A DNA stretch of 64,000 nucleotides from Octopus vulgaris (GCA_951406725.2 OX597826.1:78864001-78928000), one strand, 5' to 3'; counted from the stretch's first letter, positions 42,629-55,381 are shown. Program-made: numbers and translations. The notes: a model not told the origin generated them from the letters alone.

Positions 42629-43174
42629 CTGGAAAGACAAAGAGAAAAACAAAAAAAAAACTGAGACTAAACTTTAACCAATAAAAGTCAATTTCATTAT
42701 ACACTTATTACTAAACTAACAAAAGATTTGCACCAATCTGCATTGCCAGCAATCGGATTGCCTACCGGTTTTTTTTTTTAGTAAACAAAGCCATTGGAAT
42801 ATGCCAAATGTGAAGACAGCTCAAAACATTCCAACTACTTAAGAGACGGCCTAAAACATGAAAAAGCTCTTTTAATTCATCACCATCTAGAAATAAAAAA
42901 AAAATTGTAATATCAAAGCTAAACAGTTTGGATGGAGAGAATGCAGTGCACTGTCACGAGACCAGGAGATATTGAAGATTCTTGACAATTTTTGTACAAA
43001 TAAAAGCAGAGAGAAAAAGCATCAAGAGAATCTCTCTTTATGACCAAAATATTTAAGAGATCAGATTTGAAAGAGGTTAAAAGGTTTTTGTAATGGGAAT
43101 ATATAAACTAGTTTCCTAACATGCAAGTTATATATATGTATGGGGTGACACCACTAAGCAGTGACGTGTATCAA

Positions 43175-43515
43175 TATAAACTGTTGCCAGTTCAAATGTG
43201 CTGGAGGCATATTCGAACCTGCAAAGGAAGCCCCATTCTTTGTATTTTGTCTTGGAGAAAATTTCCTGCTGTAGACAAGTAGGAGTATATACACTGAGTC
43301 AGCATCTACCTTTCTCATCTCTGTAGTTGAAGAGGAGATGACCATTGTGAAATGCAAGCATCCCAGCCTGGTGAGAGAACACTGCGAGCTGACTTGTGTG
43401 GTTACACCTATTTGTCGACAGGGAGAAATTTCCATCACGTCAAAAGACAGTGAATGGCTTTTCTTGGAGGTTCGAATATGCCTGAAGCATATTTTGAACT
43501 GGTAACAGGTTTGTA
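43175..43515 (+). repeat. Long imperfect inverted repeat (rod-like hairpin)
   Basis: Perfect 16-bp core aggcatattcgaacct (43205-43220) with aggttcgaatatgcct (43468-43483), plus collinear helices over ~145 nt per arm. Confidence 0.9.
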
Positions 43516-46500
43516 AAAGTTATTGTAGGCTGTCCCAGTCTTGGAGATGGTCCCTAAAATATTCCATAGTAATCTTTTTATTATTAGACATGCCATGTTC
43601 TATTCTTCTGGAACAGATTTCTATTACTTTATTGCACTGGGAGAGGGTAGGTGAGGGCAAAACAGGTTTAATGAATGAAAACCTCCAATGAACCGCAATC
43701 TTAATGATCCAAAGAAAACTGAATCAAATGAAGATAAAAACTAATACAATAAAACAATGCAAATACTACAACAGAAACAACAATATAGTAGAATGGTACC
43801 AGCCATATTATTCCTAAACAGTCATTTTGCAGATGTATTCCAAAGAGCCAAGAACCGATTTAGAAAAAAGATCTCCCAGTGCTCAATTTTATATTTACAA
43901 ATCTTCACATACCACAACAAATTTGAAAATCCTCGACCTACAGAATAAAGCAAGCCTTTATTTGTGCACACACTCCAACTACATAAAAAAATCTTCAGAC
44001 AGTAAACACAAGTTTCACTAATAGGTTATCAAAGCAAAGTACCCTAACAGTTGCCTGAAGTAAAAAATAGTGCTCTCATAATCATTATTAATGGCCCTTA
44101 ATATAGACAGAAGAGATAACCAAATACTAAAAACATCTACACCCCATGATAGAAACTTTGGTGATAGAGATCTATATATGCTTAACTACAAAAGAAATAA
44201 GATTTCTAATATTCCTACACCAAACATTGGACTTGCCAAAGCAAAGTTGCTAACAATACCAGTTATGTTAAGGAATTCAAATATTCTAAGCAAATTATAC
44301 CCCAAAATGATCAAGATCGAAGTAACACTTCAAATGGGACAGTTCTACATGTCCTCACTGGTGGCATTTCTACTTCGGCCCTACTTGATCACTGAAGTGG
44401 AACAAGCAGAGTTATGTACCTTGCACTTCAACTGGTACAATGGATTTTAGTGAAGTCTCAACTAATGACCTATGTATAGTAGTCAATCTAGAATTTGACC
44501 TAAAAGTCTGCTTACATGATTCTTTCGTGTGTATTAGCCAAAAAGTTCTGCAGTAGTACTGCTTACTGTGTTGGATTGGGAGGAGTTTTAAGCAATCAGT
44601 TTAAGTAATGGACTGAAATGAGAAACTGCTACAAAACTTGATAGAAATTTTTTTTTTAATTATGAATGGCTTAATTGACATTTCTGATGTCTTTAGCAAT
44701 ATTTCTGTTATTAACAAATACTGATGGATTATATAATCCAAATCGATCTTTTTTATATACGACAATCCAACAAAGCACCTTTTCTGCAAGACTAAAACTG
44801 GTGGAAACTATTTTATAAACCACTAAAGGGAACCTAATCAGAATGATATAAACCTTTGCCAACATTAAAAATCTACCAACTTAGTATTTACTCAATCCAC
44901 CTGGCCTGGATTAACACCACACATCGCCACCTGGCCTCCTTGGATGGAGTTCACTGTTGCAAGGATTCGGGTCAAGTGTCCAGTTTGAGGAGATCATCCT
45001 CCCTCTATCCTGATTAGGAAGATAAAAAAATCTAATACAGGTATTAGAAAAAATTAGACCCAATAAGTCAAAGATTTTGATAAAGATCAACCCTTAACAA
45101 TGGACCAGAGTGCGGAACCGACTGAAACAATGATTTATTAGCAAACCTAAAAGAAAATCCGAAATTAGCATCAAAGAAATCACAAAAAAAAAATTAATAC
45201 ACAATGGAACCAACAAAAACAGCATATTTGGACCAACACAACAGACGACGACGGCAAACTATTTAAATCCTATAAGATGTTTATAGAGTTTTAGGCGGGT
45301 TGAGGAGAGGAAGGGATTCCTAACAATATTAAGGGATCTGCTAACGGAAAGACAATATCAAAAATTTTTCATTCATACAAAAAAAAAAAAAAACCAAGCC
45401 CTACAAATTAACCATCAAATGAGAAATATGACCACCACCACCACCAGCAAAGCACTTTAGAAAACTCCTACAAGTTAGACCAATTGTCCAAATCAAAACC
45501 TATGACTGGGTAAGATGGAAATAAAATAGGAAAAAAGTCAATGTAGAGTTGGCCATCTAACAGATTTTACAAATGAAAGCTCAGGTATAATTTATCATGC
45601 AAACAATATATATGAGAAATTAGAAAATTTAATGAATGTAAAAATTATATTCATATTTGTACAGTTTCTAGAATATGCCTTAGCTAAATTCATAGTTTAA
45701 GCAGACTTTACAAAGCAAAAATAATTTTAAAATTAAAAAAACACTTTATTAAAAAAAAAATAACAAACATATACCAGAATGAAATATTCAAATCTGCTTT
45801 TGAACTTACAGCAATATATTACAGCATAAGGATTTTGGATGGACAGGGGAATTTCAGAAACGGAAATACTTGCTAATTCTTTAGGTAGGCCAAAGCGGGG
45901 TCACTGACAGCAACTCTAGATTCAACGAGAAAGTTACACAATATGGATTAGGGTAAAAATTCCAACTATATATTGGAAAAAATATATTTAAATGTAAAAA
46001 AAAAAAAAGACAAAAACACATATAATATATAAACACACGTACAACTAACCTCCTGAAAGTCAAATGATAAAATAAACCGGACCAAGACTTATTCTATCAC
46101 CACAAACAGGCAGAGAGAGACGAAAGGAAATCTAGTCTAGTGACAATTTCCAAAGATTTATTTCTCACTAGAATCAAATTTAGTCGATTTAATATCACAG
46201 AGACACAAATTGAATGTTAAATTAGATTAATAGATGTAGAGAACACAAGATTACATGATAATACTATACTAACTTTGATACCTATTAAATTTAGAATACT
46301 ATAAAAGTAGAACTGGTCACTTTACGTAGGATGGAATAAACACGGTGGTAATAAGTAATAGTTCAATATTAAATACAAGAAACGGCGCCAACTGTTGTTA
46401 CGATGTGGCAATGGACTGGAAAAAACCTCTGAAGAGAGTTGAAACGGTTTCGGTTCTTCCTTAAGAAATTTAAAAGTCTAAGACATCTCGATAAAAACAA

Positions 46501-49500
46501 TTCTTACTGCTTCTAGTCTAGATACATCTAAACTTAGCGGACATAAATAATAATAACCAAGAAAAGTGAAAGCATGAATGACGATTCGTAAGGGAAGACA
46601 AAAAAGATCGCATTCACGGTTGATCGAGGAATTGGAGAGAAAAGAAAAGAAAAAGAGGAATTCTTGAAGGAAATAAATTGAAATCAAATACGTACAAGGA
46701 AGGAAGGAAGCAATGGGAAATGTCAAATCAGAGCCTTTCAAAGAACTAAAGGAAAAGGGAGCTATTTCTAGTAAGATGTGAAAAGCAGTCGATTATCTTT
46801 AAAACAAAACTATTGCCAGGCTAAAAGCTACAATAAAAAGGTGTAAATGTGATCAATATTTTTAATACCAGTAAAATATAAGGAAAAGACAAAAAAACAT
46901 TAGCGTGTCCCAGTATGGCCACAGACGAATGGCATTTTTTTTACCCTGTCCACACATGCAATCAAATGTACTTTTATCAGATATTTTATACACACGCCAA
47001 CATAAAAAAAAAGGGGCCGTGAAACATAAGACAAAAAAGCTTTTGAGTACAAGGGGACAGAAAGTGTTTTTGGGACGGCACGTGTTTGTACCAAGTAGTC
47101 GTAGGAGGGGGGAAAAATAATAAAAGGGGTCGACTCCATAGTTGCTGCCGGTTCCTTTAAAACATTTCAGACTGGCTGTGGTGAGGGTGCTTTGGCTGCC
47201 AAGTCGACTGGAGAAAACCTTTCGGTACCACCAAATGTTTACCTCTCTTACACACGCACATTGATAAAACGGGGTGAGGGGAGAAAGGGTCGAGGAAAGA
47301 CACACGGGAAAAACTGTAAAATAAAAATTGAAAAAAGCTAAATGTTTAATAATGAAAAGAAATATAAGTGGCAGTGTATAATAATAATGGTGGTGAAAAT
47401 ACAAGGAAAAGGCGGGAGAAAGAGAGAGAGAGAGAGAAGGTGGGATGGATATTTTTGCATCCAGCAACATTGGAGTGTAATTGAGAGCGACATGACCAGA
47501 GTAGAGAGAGAGAGAGAGTAGTGTGGGGAGGAGGAGGAGAGTAAAAGTTGTGAGAGAGGAAGTTGGAGAAAATAAATAAGAGAGGATGTAGAAAGATAAT
47601 AACGGCTGAGAGAGGAGGACAAAGACATAAAGAAAGAGGGGGAGAGAGAATGAGAGTGCAGGCCGACAGGCAGGCAGGCATGGATTGGGGAAGGTAAGAT
47701 ATATGTGGACAAGGGTGTGTGAGTACAGTGGACAGTGAAGGGGAGGAAGGAAGGCAGAGACAAAGAAACGGAGGAGTGGGTAGAAAAAGAGACAAGGAAG
47801 GAGAGAGGGGGAAAGAAAGGAGAAAAATGTAAGCGGGAGAGAAAGAGAATAGGAGGAAGAGAAAGTAGGAAGCCGGTTGTGGAGTCGAGTTGAAGTGATA
47901 TTAGATGAGTGATGGGAGGAGTTGAGTGGGAATGTGAGTAGGAGGTTGAGCGAAAGGATATTTTGGAAAGAAAATGGGGGCAACAAGAGAGGAGGAGGAA
48001 GAGATTCGAGTGTGAGTACAAGTAGAAGAGGAAGTGAGGAAGAGAAAAAAGTGAATCGCTGAGGTTGGATCTCAATGGAATCTCCAATGTTGGAAATAAA
48101 AGACAAAAGCCGCCGCCAAGACAGCAGGAAGAAACGACATTGAGGTGTCGTGGTGGTGGTGGTGATGGTGGTGGTTTGTAGACAAATAAAAGAACTCCCG
48201 TAGCTACTACCGGTTCCTTTTCAAAAGGAAGAGAGTAGGAGCCATGCCACACTCCTTTTTTTCTCCTTCTTTCCTCCTCGTTCATGTTTAGTCACACCGA
48301 CTCAAAAATTCTTAATATCATAATTAGTCATTGGAAATTTCACAAATAGGATTTTCTTTTTTTTTAAATATATATACATATATAAAGTAGCATTTCCTCT
48401 TATTCAGGGGGGTGAAAAAAATGTCAGGAAAACGATGTGTAATAATAATATATGTATATGCCTATCGTTTTATAATTAAAAATCGAGACAAAGGCAGAAA
48501 CTGGATGGATATGTGTGTAGGAAAATATATAGAAAGTGAAGCAATTAGATGGTTGGTTTCTAATTAAATTAAGCAGTGCAGAAAGAGATTAGGCATCAAA
48601 TATTTTTGCTTTGTTTGAAGCGCAAGTCTGGGGGACGTTAGCGATTTATTTAAATCTAAAAAGGTGGAGAAATACAGAGAAGAATGTGTGTCAGAAAGAG
48701 AGAAAATCACCAAAGACTCCATTGGAAGAATTGGATGAAGCTCAACACTTTTCTCTCGTGTTTACAGCTTTTTTTTTTTTTTTTTTGGCTTTTCTTTGCT
48801 TTTTTTTTTTTTTTTTGATTTTGCTGTCATTTAAAAATACAAAAATTAAGGATTATTTTTTTTTTTAAATGTCGAAATGACCAAACACGATTTACAGGTG
48901 GAAACATTAAATATGTGTGTATTGTGTATATATATATATATCTGTTAATAGTCCGGGTACTATTTAATACTAATAGAAATTATTCATCATCCACCAATGC
49001 GGTGTTGATAACTCATTCTTTAGTTCGTTATTCTGTGTGTGTGTGTATGTATATATATGTGTATGTGTGTGTATATATTTGTATGTGTGTATGTATATAT
49101 ATATGTGTGTGTATGTGTATATATATGTATGTATGAATGTATATATATATGTGTGTGTGTATATATATATGTATGTATGTGTGTATATATTTGTATGTGT
49201 GTATATATTTGTATGTGTGTATATATTTGTATGTGTGTGTATATGTATGTATGTGTATATGTATATATGTGTGTATTTATATATATGTATGTGTATTTAT
49301 ATATATTTATATATATATATATATATATATAAAGCATAAAAGTGGCACATTTAATTGGAATTATTCTAACATAAATACAGCTCGAAAATAGATAATTTGT
49401 GGAGGGTAATAAATAGATTTGTGTCAGGCAAAACGGAGAGAAACAAATTAATGTGGTTCAAAACTGAAAAAAATTTGAATGTTTCGCTAAGCTTTTTTTT

Positions 49501-49851
49501 TTTTTCCTTCTCCTTCTTCGGCCAAGAAAAGAGAGGAGAAACCGGGGGAGACTTTTTATACGACCCACGATGAAGAAAAGAGGCACTTAGACACACAGAA
49601 ATGTATGTGATTTAAAGAGTGTACATACAAACGAGTGTGTGGTTCAAAACGATTGTATATATACACACATATATAGCCTATATACACACATCTATGTATA
49701 TATTTGTGTGGCTGTGTATACACAGACACACGCGGCTACACTTCTGTACAGACTCAGATATCATCGATAGACAAAGAGATTATCGGTTTTTTTATGAAGA
49801 CGAGGGTATAAGGAATAGAAGAGGGTTAAGACGAAGCCTGCATATATCTAC

Positions 49852-49869
49852 CTTCTTGTCATCAGGCAT
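49852..49869 (-). CDS. SUMO: SUMO coding exon 1 (MPDDKK)
   Basis: Minus strand reads gcatcATG CCT GAT GAC AAG AAG|gtagat. A at -3, phase-0 GT donor, peptide resembles the Smt3/SUMO N-terminus (MSDEKK), and it lies just downstream of CCAAT/YY1-like motifs. Confidence 0.8.
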
Positions 49870-49929
49870 GATGCACCACCAGCAATGGGTTTGGCGGATG
49901 AAACTTCTTTTTTCTCTTAGGACAGACGG

Positions 49930-50200
49930 CGTACAAAAATGGCGCACTCTACTTACTGTTGTTCTCCTGCCCGACACTCCGATGTCAACTCGACGCTGAT
50001 TGGTCCGCTCGCTTGACCTTAAACTGCCCTTTTAAAATGTGGCTATTCGAATTTTTAAAAACAAGCACTTCATAAAATAGATATTATATATTTAATAGCG
50101 TGGCTGTGTTCTTCCAACAGATTACAGCGATTCGAAATTTATTGAGTTCTCTAAATTCACTGCTGATTGCTGGGGGTCATATATCCAATCAACGTGCGCC
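49930..50200 (-). promoter_or_regulatory. SUMO core promoter: YY1-like AAAATGGCG (49936-49944), CCAAT box CCAATCAG (49996-50003, minus), second CCAAT (~50185)
   Basis: Motifs read directly; locally CpG-rich, repeat-free segment immediately 5' of the start codon. Confidence 0.6.
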
Positions 50201-50519
50201 TTATGGCCTCCATTCAGTTGGAAACGGAAAATCGAAGAAAATTACAAAATCTTTCAAATTTTTCAACATCTTTCTTATTTGTCTTCTTTGAACGAAATCG
50301 CTTAATTTCATAAAGTAATTATCATATAAGCAATGACTATTTTTAAAATATACGTAATTTAAAATTAGTCCGCTATTATTTTTAGGGTTTAATTTTTTTT
50401 TTAATACTTTATGAATAAATAAAACACTACAAAAAAAAATTAAAATATAAATATTTATTGTAATTGTGGAGAGGAAGAAGGAAAATTTATATCAATAATT
50501 TATTTTAAAAGTAAACATG

Positions 50520-50790
50520 CCCCGGGCCGACCAAGAACCTGTGAGTAGATTTGGTTAGACGGAAACTGAGGGAAGCATATCGTGTGTGCGTGTGTTACCA
50601 CATTCACACCGCTTGACAACCGGTGTTGGTTTGTTTACGTCCCCGTAACCTAGCGGTTCGGCTACTGAGACCAATAGAATAAGTACCAGACTTTAAAAAC
50701 GCACAAATACTGGTAATAGATTTGTTCGGCTGAATGCTAAGGCGGTGCCCCAGCGTGGCCGCGGTCCGCTCGCTGGCTGAAACAAATAAA
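50520..50790 (+). mobile_element. SINE family B copy (5' truncated)
   Basis: Family B body and tail. Confidence 0.75.
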
Positions 50791-51161
50791 ACATTGATGA
50801 TGTCTGAGCGAAGGAGAAGAGTTGATTCATCGTTTAGTTATTTTAATTATCCAGTTTGTTAGATGTGAGAATTAAAATATTAGAATTCCACAACAATTTG
50901 CAGTTGACAACAACGACAATAAAATTATTTACAGTTATTCAGTGGGGTGACACCTTTTCATAATTTTGTTTTATTGTTTATAGTAATTATTAATTAACTG
51001 GTTGAACTCAAAATTAAAATTAATAAGACCCACTTAAATACTGATTGAGATATCAATTAAAGGATGTGATTCTAAAAAGGGACTGGGGTGAATATAATCC
51101 TTAATTACGCAATAATATTTTACATAAGAATCCATTAAAAATATATAATGTCTATTGAAGG

Positions 51162-51471
51162 TTATCTCCCTTAGCTGGTAGTAGCCATATAAATATTAAA
51201 GTATATAAGGTAGGGGCAGTATAATAGATTGATTCCCATTTTTGGCACAAGGCCCGCAGTTTTGAGGGGAGGGGTAAGTCGATTATATTGACCCCAATGC
51301 TTAACCGGTACTTATTTTATCTCCCTTAGCTGGTAGTAGCCATATAAATATTAAAGTACATAAGGTAGGGACAGTATAATAGATTGATTCCCGGTTTGGC
51401 ACGAGGCCCGCAGTTTTGAGGGGAGGGGTAAGTCGATTATATTGACCCCAGTGCTCAACCGGTCCTTATTT
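51162..51471 (+). repeat. 155-bp tandem duplication including part of a family A SINE
   Basis: ttatctcccttagctggtagtagcc... starts at 51162 and again at 51317. Confidence 0.9.
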
Positions 51472-53037
51472 TATCGATCCTGAAAGAATAAAAAGGCAAA
51501 GTCAACTTCGGTGGCATTTGAATCAAGAATATAAGGAGCCTGAAGAAATGTCGCAAAACATTTTTGTCCGACGCGGTTCTGTCGATTCTGCCAGCTCGCT
51601 GCTTTAGGAACAGTATAATGTTTGATTCTGACTTCTCTCTAGTCTATGCCTAATGAAAAAGGATAAAGCCTAAGTTTATTAAACGTCTAACAATAGCAGA
51701 TAAATCTCCCTCAAACCACACCCAAGTGTAATAAAGAAGAAGAATATATACTGGACAATCAAGGCTTAGGAATTTTATGGCTGGAATAAAAAGGTGGGTG
51801 GGACAGATACGGTTACGTGGAATGCCTTTGATCAGACGTCTGTTCGATCAGGGCTACAGAGCAACGTAAGCAACACCCCTACAATACAGAGAAATGTAAG
51901 GGTCCAGACCCCAGAGAACTGATTTAGCGACTTTGTGTTGAGCTAACGATGGGGAACGTCACTGTACCTGCTAGAAATAGCAGCCAAACACCCTAAATCA
52001 CATCCTACCACCTTTAATCAAGGGGGGGGGGAAACATACATTCTACAGTGTAGCTCTGTTGTACTATAAAACGGGATCGCTCATTGCTTTTAATCATATA
52101 TTAACTGCTGCTGCTATCAGGGCTGATCTGGGACTAAACAACAACTTGGAGTCGATTCGCTGTTAAATTTATTTCCCGTCACTTTACGGCACATTAGGGA
52201 GTGTCTTTAACTTCCTACGATTTCATATTTTCTCATTCTCTAAAGAACTCCATCAATTATTGATATAAGGCATGTTGATCACTCAAGCAAACATCTGAGA
52301 TAATATATCTATCCTAAGTGTGTGTGTATGCAAAAGAAATTGATCGTTAAATGTGTAATCCTATGAAAAGCCTCCTCGTTTTATTGCACGCCGCGGATGA
52401 ATGAATGAAAAGCTAAAACCCATCTTTTCATACTTCAATGAGAATAGACTTTAAAATGTATTATCGCAACTTAGATTATATTAATGAGGAAATAAATAAA
52501 AATATATCAGTTTTCTTGTTTTTTTTTTGTTTTTTTTCTAATCAATGGATTATCTTACTTGTCGCAGTTCTTAACTTCTAAATTAATAAAAAAAACTATT
52601 CTTAATATTTTAATGACTGCGTTTTGGATTTCTTTATGTTTATTCCATTATTTACCCAATTTCATCATCAAAATTCTACAGAAAAATGCATGAACATCAC
52701 AACGGTCTATTTCTCATTATCGACATTTTTTTTTTTTTAATTGTTATTTTGTTGCACTTCTCAAAAACAATTAACTCCAACATTGAAAGGGTGGATGAAT
52801 TTTTTTTTTTTTTTCTTTTTTTTGCGGAAAATGAATTTTTCTGGGCTGAACTTTTGCGACCGACGTGATTTACGATTTCGATGGGATTATTATTCAGTTT
52901 GGGATCACTTGACAGAGTAAATCTGAAAAAGAATAATTTCTAGTTGCGATGATGAGTCATGAGAAAAACGAAATTAAAGATCAGAAAAAGGCCGAATTAT
53001 ATGTATGCGTGTGTGTGTGTGTTCATATTATTATTAT

Positions 53038-53078
<41 letters not shown>

Positions 53079-53084
53079 TTATTA

Positions 53085-53125
<41 letters not shown>

Positions 53126-53292
53126 AATTCCATGAAATTTAATTTGATGCATCCTTGTTTATATTCATACTTTGAAATTTTTGCTAGACTTGTTTTGTTT
53201 AATCACACGCAAAACTATAAAATAGAAAAAAAGTTAACATACGTTTTCGGAAATACATTAAATGTGTGTGCGTGAATGTATGTATGTATGTA

Positions 53293-53340
<48 letters not shown>

Positions 53341-53363
53341 CATGTATAGATAGATAGATATAC

Positions 53364-53398
<35 letters not shown>

Positions 53399-53406
53399 CA
53401 CACATA

Positions 53407-53452
<46 letters not shown>

Positions 53453-53957
53453 AACACACACACACATACAAACACACACACACACACACATACAAACACA
53501 CACACACACACACACACATACAAACACACACTCACACTTGACAACTACAATTGTTTCATCACATTTTGTCTTCCTCTCACACCTCTCTTTCTCCCTCTAT
53601 CTCTTCCTCTCTCTCCCTCTCTTCCACTCCCTCTCCCTCTCTCTATAAAGCCATATACACACATACATACAGAAAGAGTGAGTTTTATTGAAGCTGAAAA
53701 CTTTTCAACCCTTGCTGTCTTCTCTAAAAGTTCCTTTTTGTCTGATACCAAGAAACTCAGAGTAGTAGATTGGGAAGTTTTCAACTCCAGTAATACACAA
53801 TATTTTAATATTTTCCAATGCTACTGGTGTTCAAGAGCTATTTTCTCCCATTTATTTTCCACAAAAACATATACAGATATATAATTGATAATGCATGTAT
53901 TGCCTATATGTATATTTTATCTGACTATACTTATATATATATATAGTTATACAGGTA

Positions 53958-54250
53958 TCAATATATATATATATAAAACTAAGAATGTGTCTGTCTGTGT
54001 GAATCCCTAAAACTTGAGAACTACACAACCAATTTCATTCAAATTTTACACATGCCATACTTAGGGTCCATGTAGTGTCATGGGCAAAAAAGAAAATTTT
54101 AACTTCTTGCCTAGGGCGAGCCCACACCAATATCATAGCTTCTCCACTATTTCAGTATTATATGTTAAAAGTGAAACAAAAACATCTCTCCATTGTCATG
54201 TCAAATGCTTTCACTTTAATACTTTCACTTTATACTGAAACTATTAAAGT
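53958..54250 (+). mobile_element. Helitron-like 5' segment
   Basis: A|TC(AT)n-aaaactaagaatgtgtctgtctgtg start, like the other Helitron 5' ends in the window; no 3' end found. Confidence 0.5.
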
Positions 54251-54259
54251 GAAACAATT

Positions 54260-54400
54260 ATATAAGTGGGATGGACTGCTAAGTGGACATCCATTTTGCC
54301 AGATCCGCTATGGTCTTACCACTAACAAAGGAATTGTAAGACCATAGCGGATCTTCTTCTAGCATAATGGATGTCCACTTACAGGTCATCCCTCTTATAT
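54260..54400. repeat. Palindromic MITE-like hairpin (~60-bp arms, 16-nt loop)
   Basis: agatccgctatggtcttac / gtaagaccatagcggatct (19 bp perfect) and taagtggacatccatt / aatggatgtccactta; TA-rich ends. Confidence 0.85.
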
Positions 54401-54537
54401 GTATGTAATATCATTTTTTCTGAAACTTCAGAATATTTCAATATGCTACACCACTGGTTTTAAATTGATATTAATCAAATTAATATTCAATTTTTCACCC
54501 TTATTATTTTAAATTTAAATTTACATGTATATATAGA

Positions 54538-54584
<47 letters not shown>

Positions 54585-54592
54585 GTGTACAT

Positions 54593-54925
54593 ATGTGGCT
54601 GTGTGGTAAGTAGCTTGTCTACCAACCACATGGTTCCGGGTTCAGTCCCACTGTCTGGCACCTTGGGCAAGTGTCTTCTACTATAGCCTCGGGCCGACCA
54701 AAGCCTTGTGAGTGTTTGTGTGTCTGTGTTTGTCCCCCTAGCATTGCTTGACAACCGATACTGGTGTGTTTATGTCCCCGTTACTTGGCGGTTCGGCAAA
54801 AGAGACCGATAGAATAAGTACTGGGCTTACAAAAGAATAAGTCCCGGGGTCGAGTTGCTCGATTAAAGGCGGTGCTCCAGCATGGCCGCAGTCAAATGAC
54901 TGAAACAAGTAAAAGAGTAAAAGAG
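54593..54925 (+). mobile_element. SINE family B, near full length
   Basis: gtggctgtgtggtaagtagc...ggttcagtcccactg...accttgggcaagtg...gcatggccgcagtcaaatgactgaaacaagtaaaagag. Confidence 0.88.
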
Positions 54926-54984
54926 ATATATATATATGTACATGTATATATATACATGTATATATACATAGATTTATATGTATA

Positions 54985-55381
54985 CTAGCAGTATCGCCCG
55001 GCGTTGCTCGGGTTTGTAATGGAAATAACTATATAAGCATTTTTAGAGATGTAAAGTATAATAGCCATCTCAATATGGCTAACCACAAAGGTGGGGGGTG
55101 TTACTGTAACTTTTTACGTTCTGAGATTTAATAATAAATTTTTAGAGAGTTACTTCCCTTATATATGCCAAAAATGCATTAAAAATGGGAAAAATTGATG
55201 GTAAATTTTTTTTTAATCGTAGACTCATCGTAGACGTGCGCTAATACCCAGAAGGGCTCGATATGAATCACAACTATAAGATACCCGGTTTTGGTTAAAC
55301 TGCACCGCAAAATGTGGGAGTAGTTAGGAATCTAAATCGTAGGAAACAGACAGTACACAACCTCACTTTTATATATAAAGA
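54985..55381 (-). mobile_element. Non-autonomous Helitron
   Basis: Minus strand A|TC start at 55381, 3' hairpin cccgagcaacgccggg, and CTAG|T end at 54985. Confidence 0.8.

Noticed and set aside
46862-48285. Long ORFs of 414 and 315 aa on the minus strand
   Set aside because: Low-complexity L/S/F/P translations of a pyrimidine-rich intron tract that lacks stops by composition; no domain recognised.
48253-48285. MNEEERRRKKG as SUMO exon 1
   Set aside because: Weak donor (gtgtgg). MPDDKK at 49869 fits SUMO N-termini better and has promoter motifs; an alternative start cannot be fully excluded.
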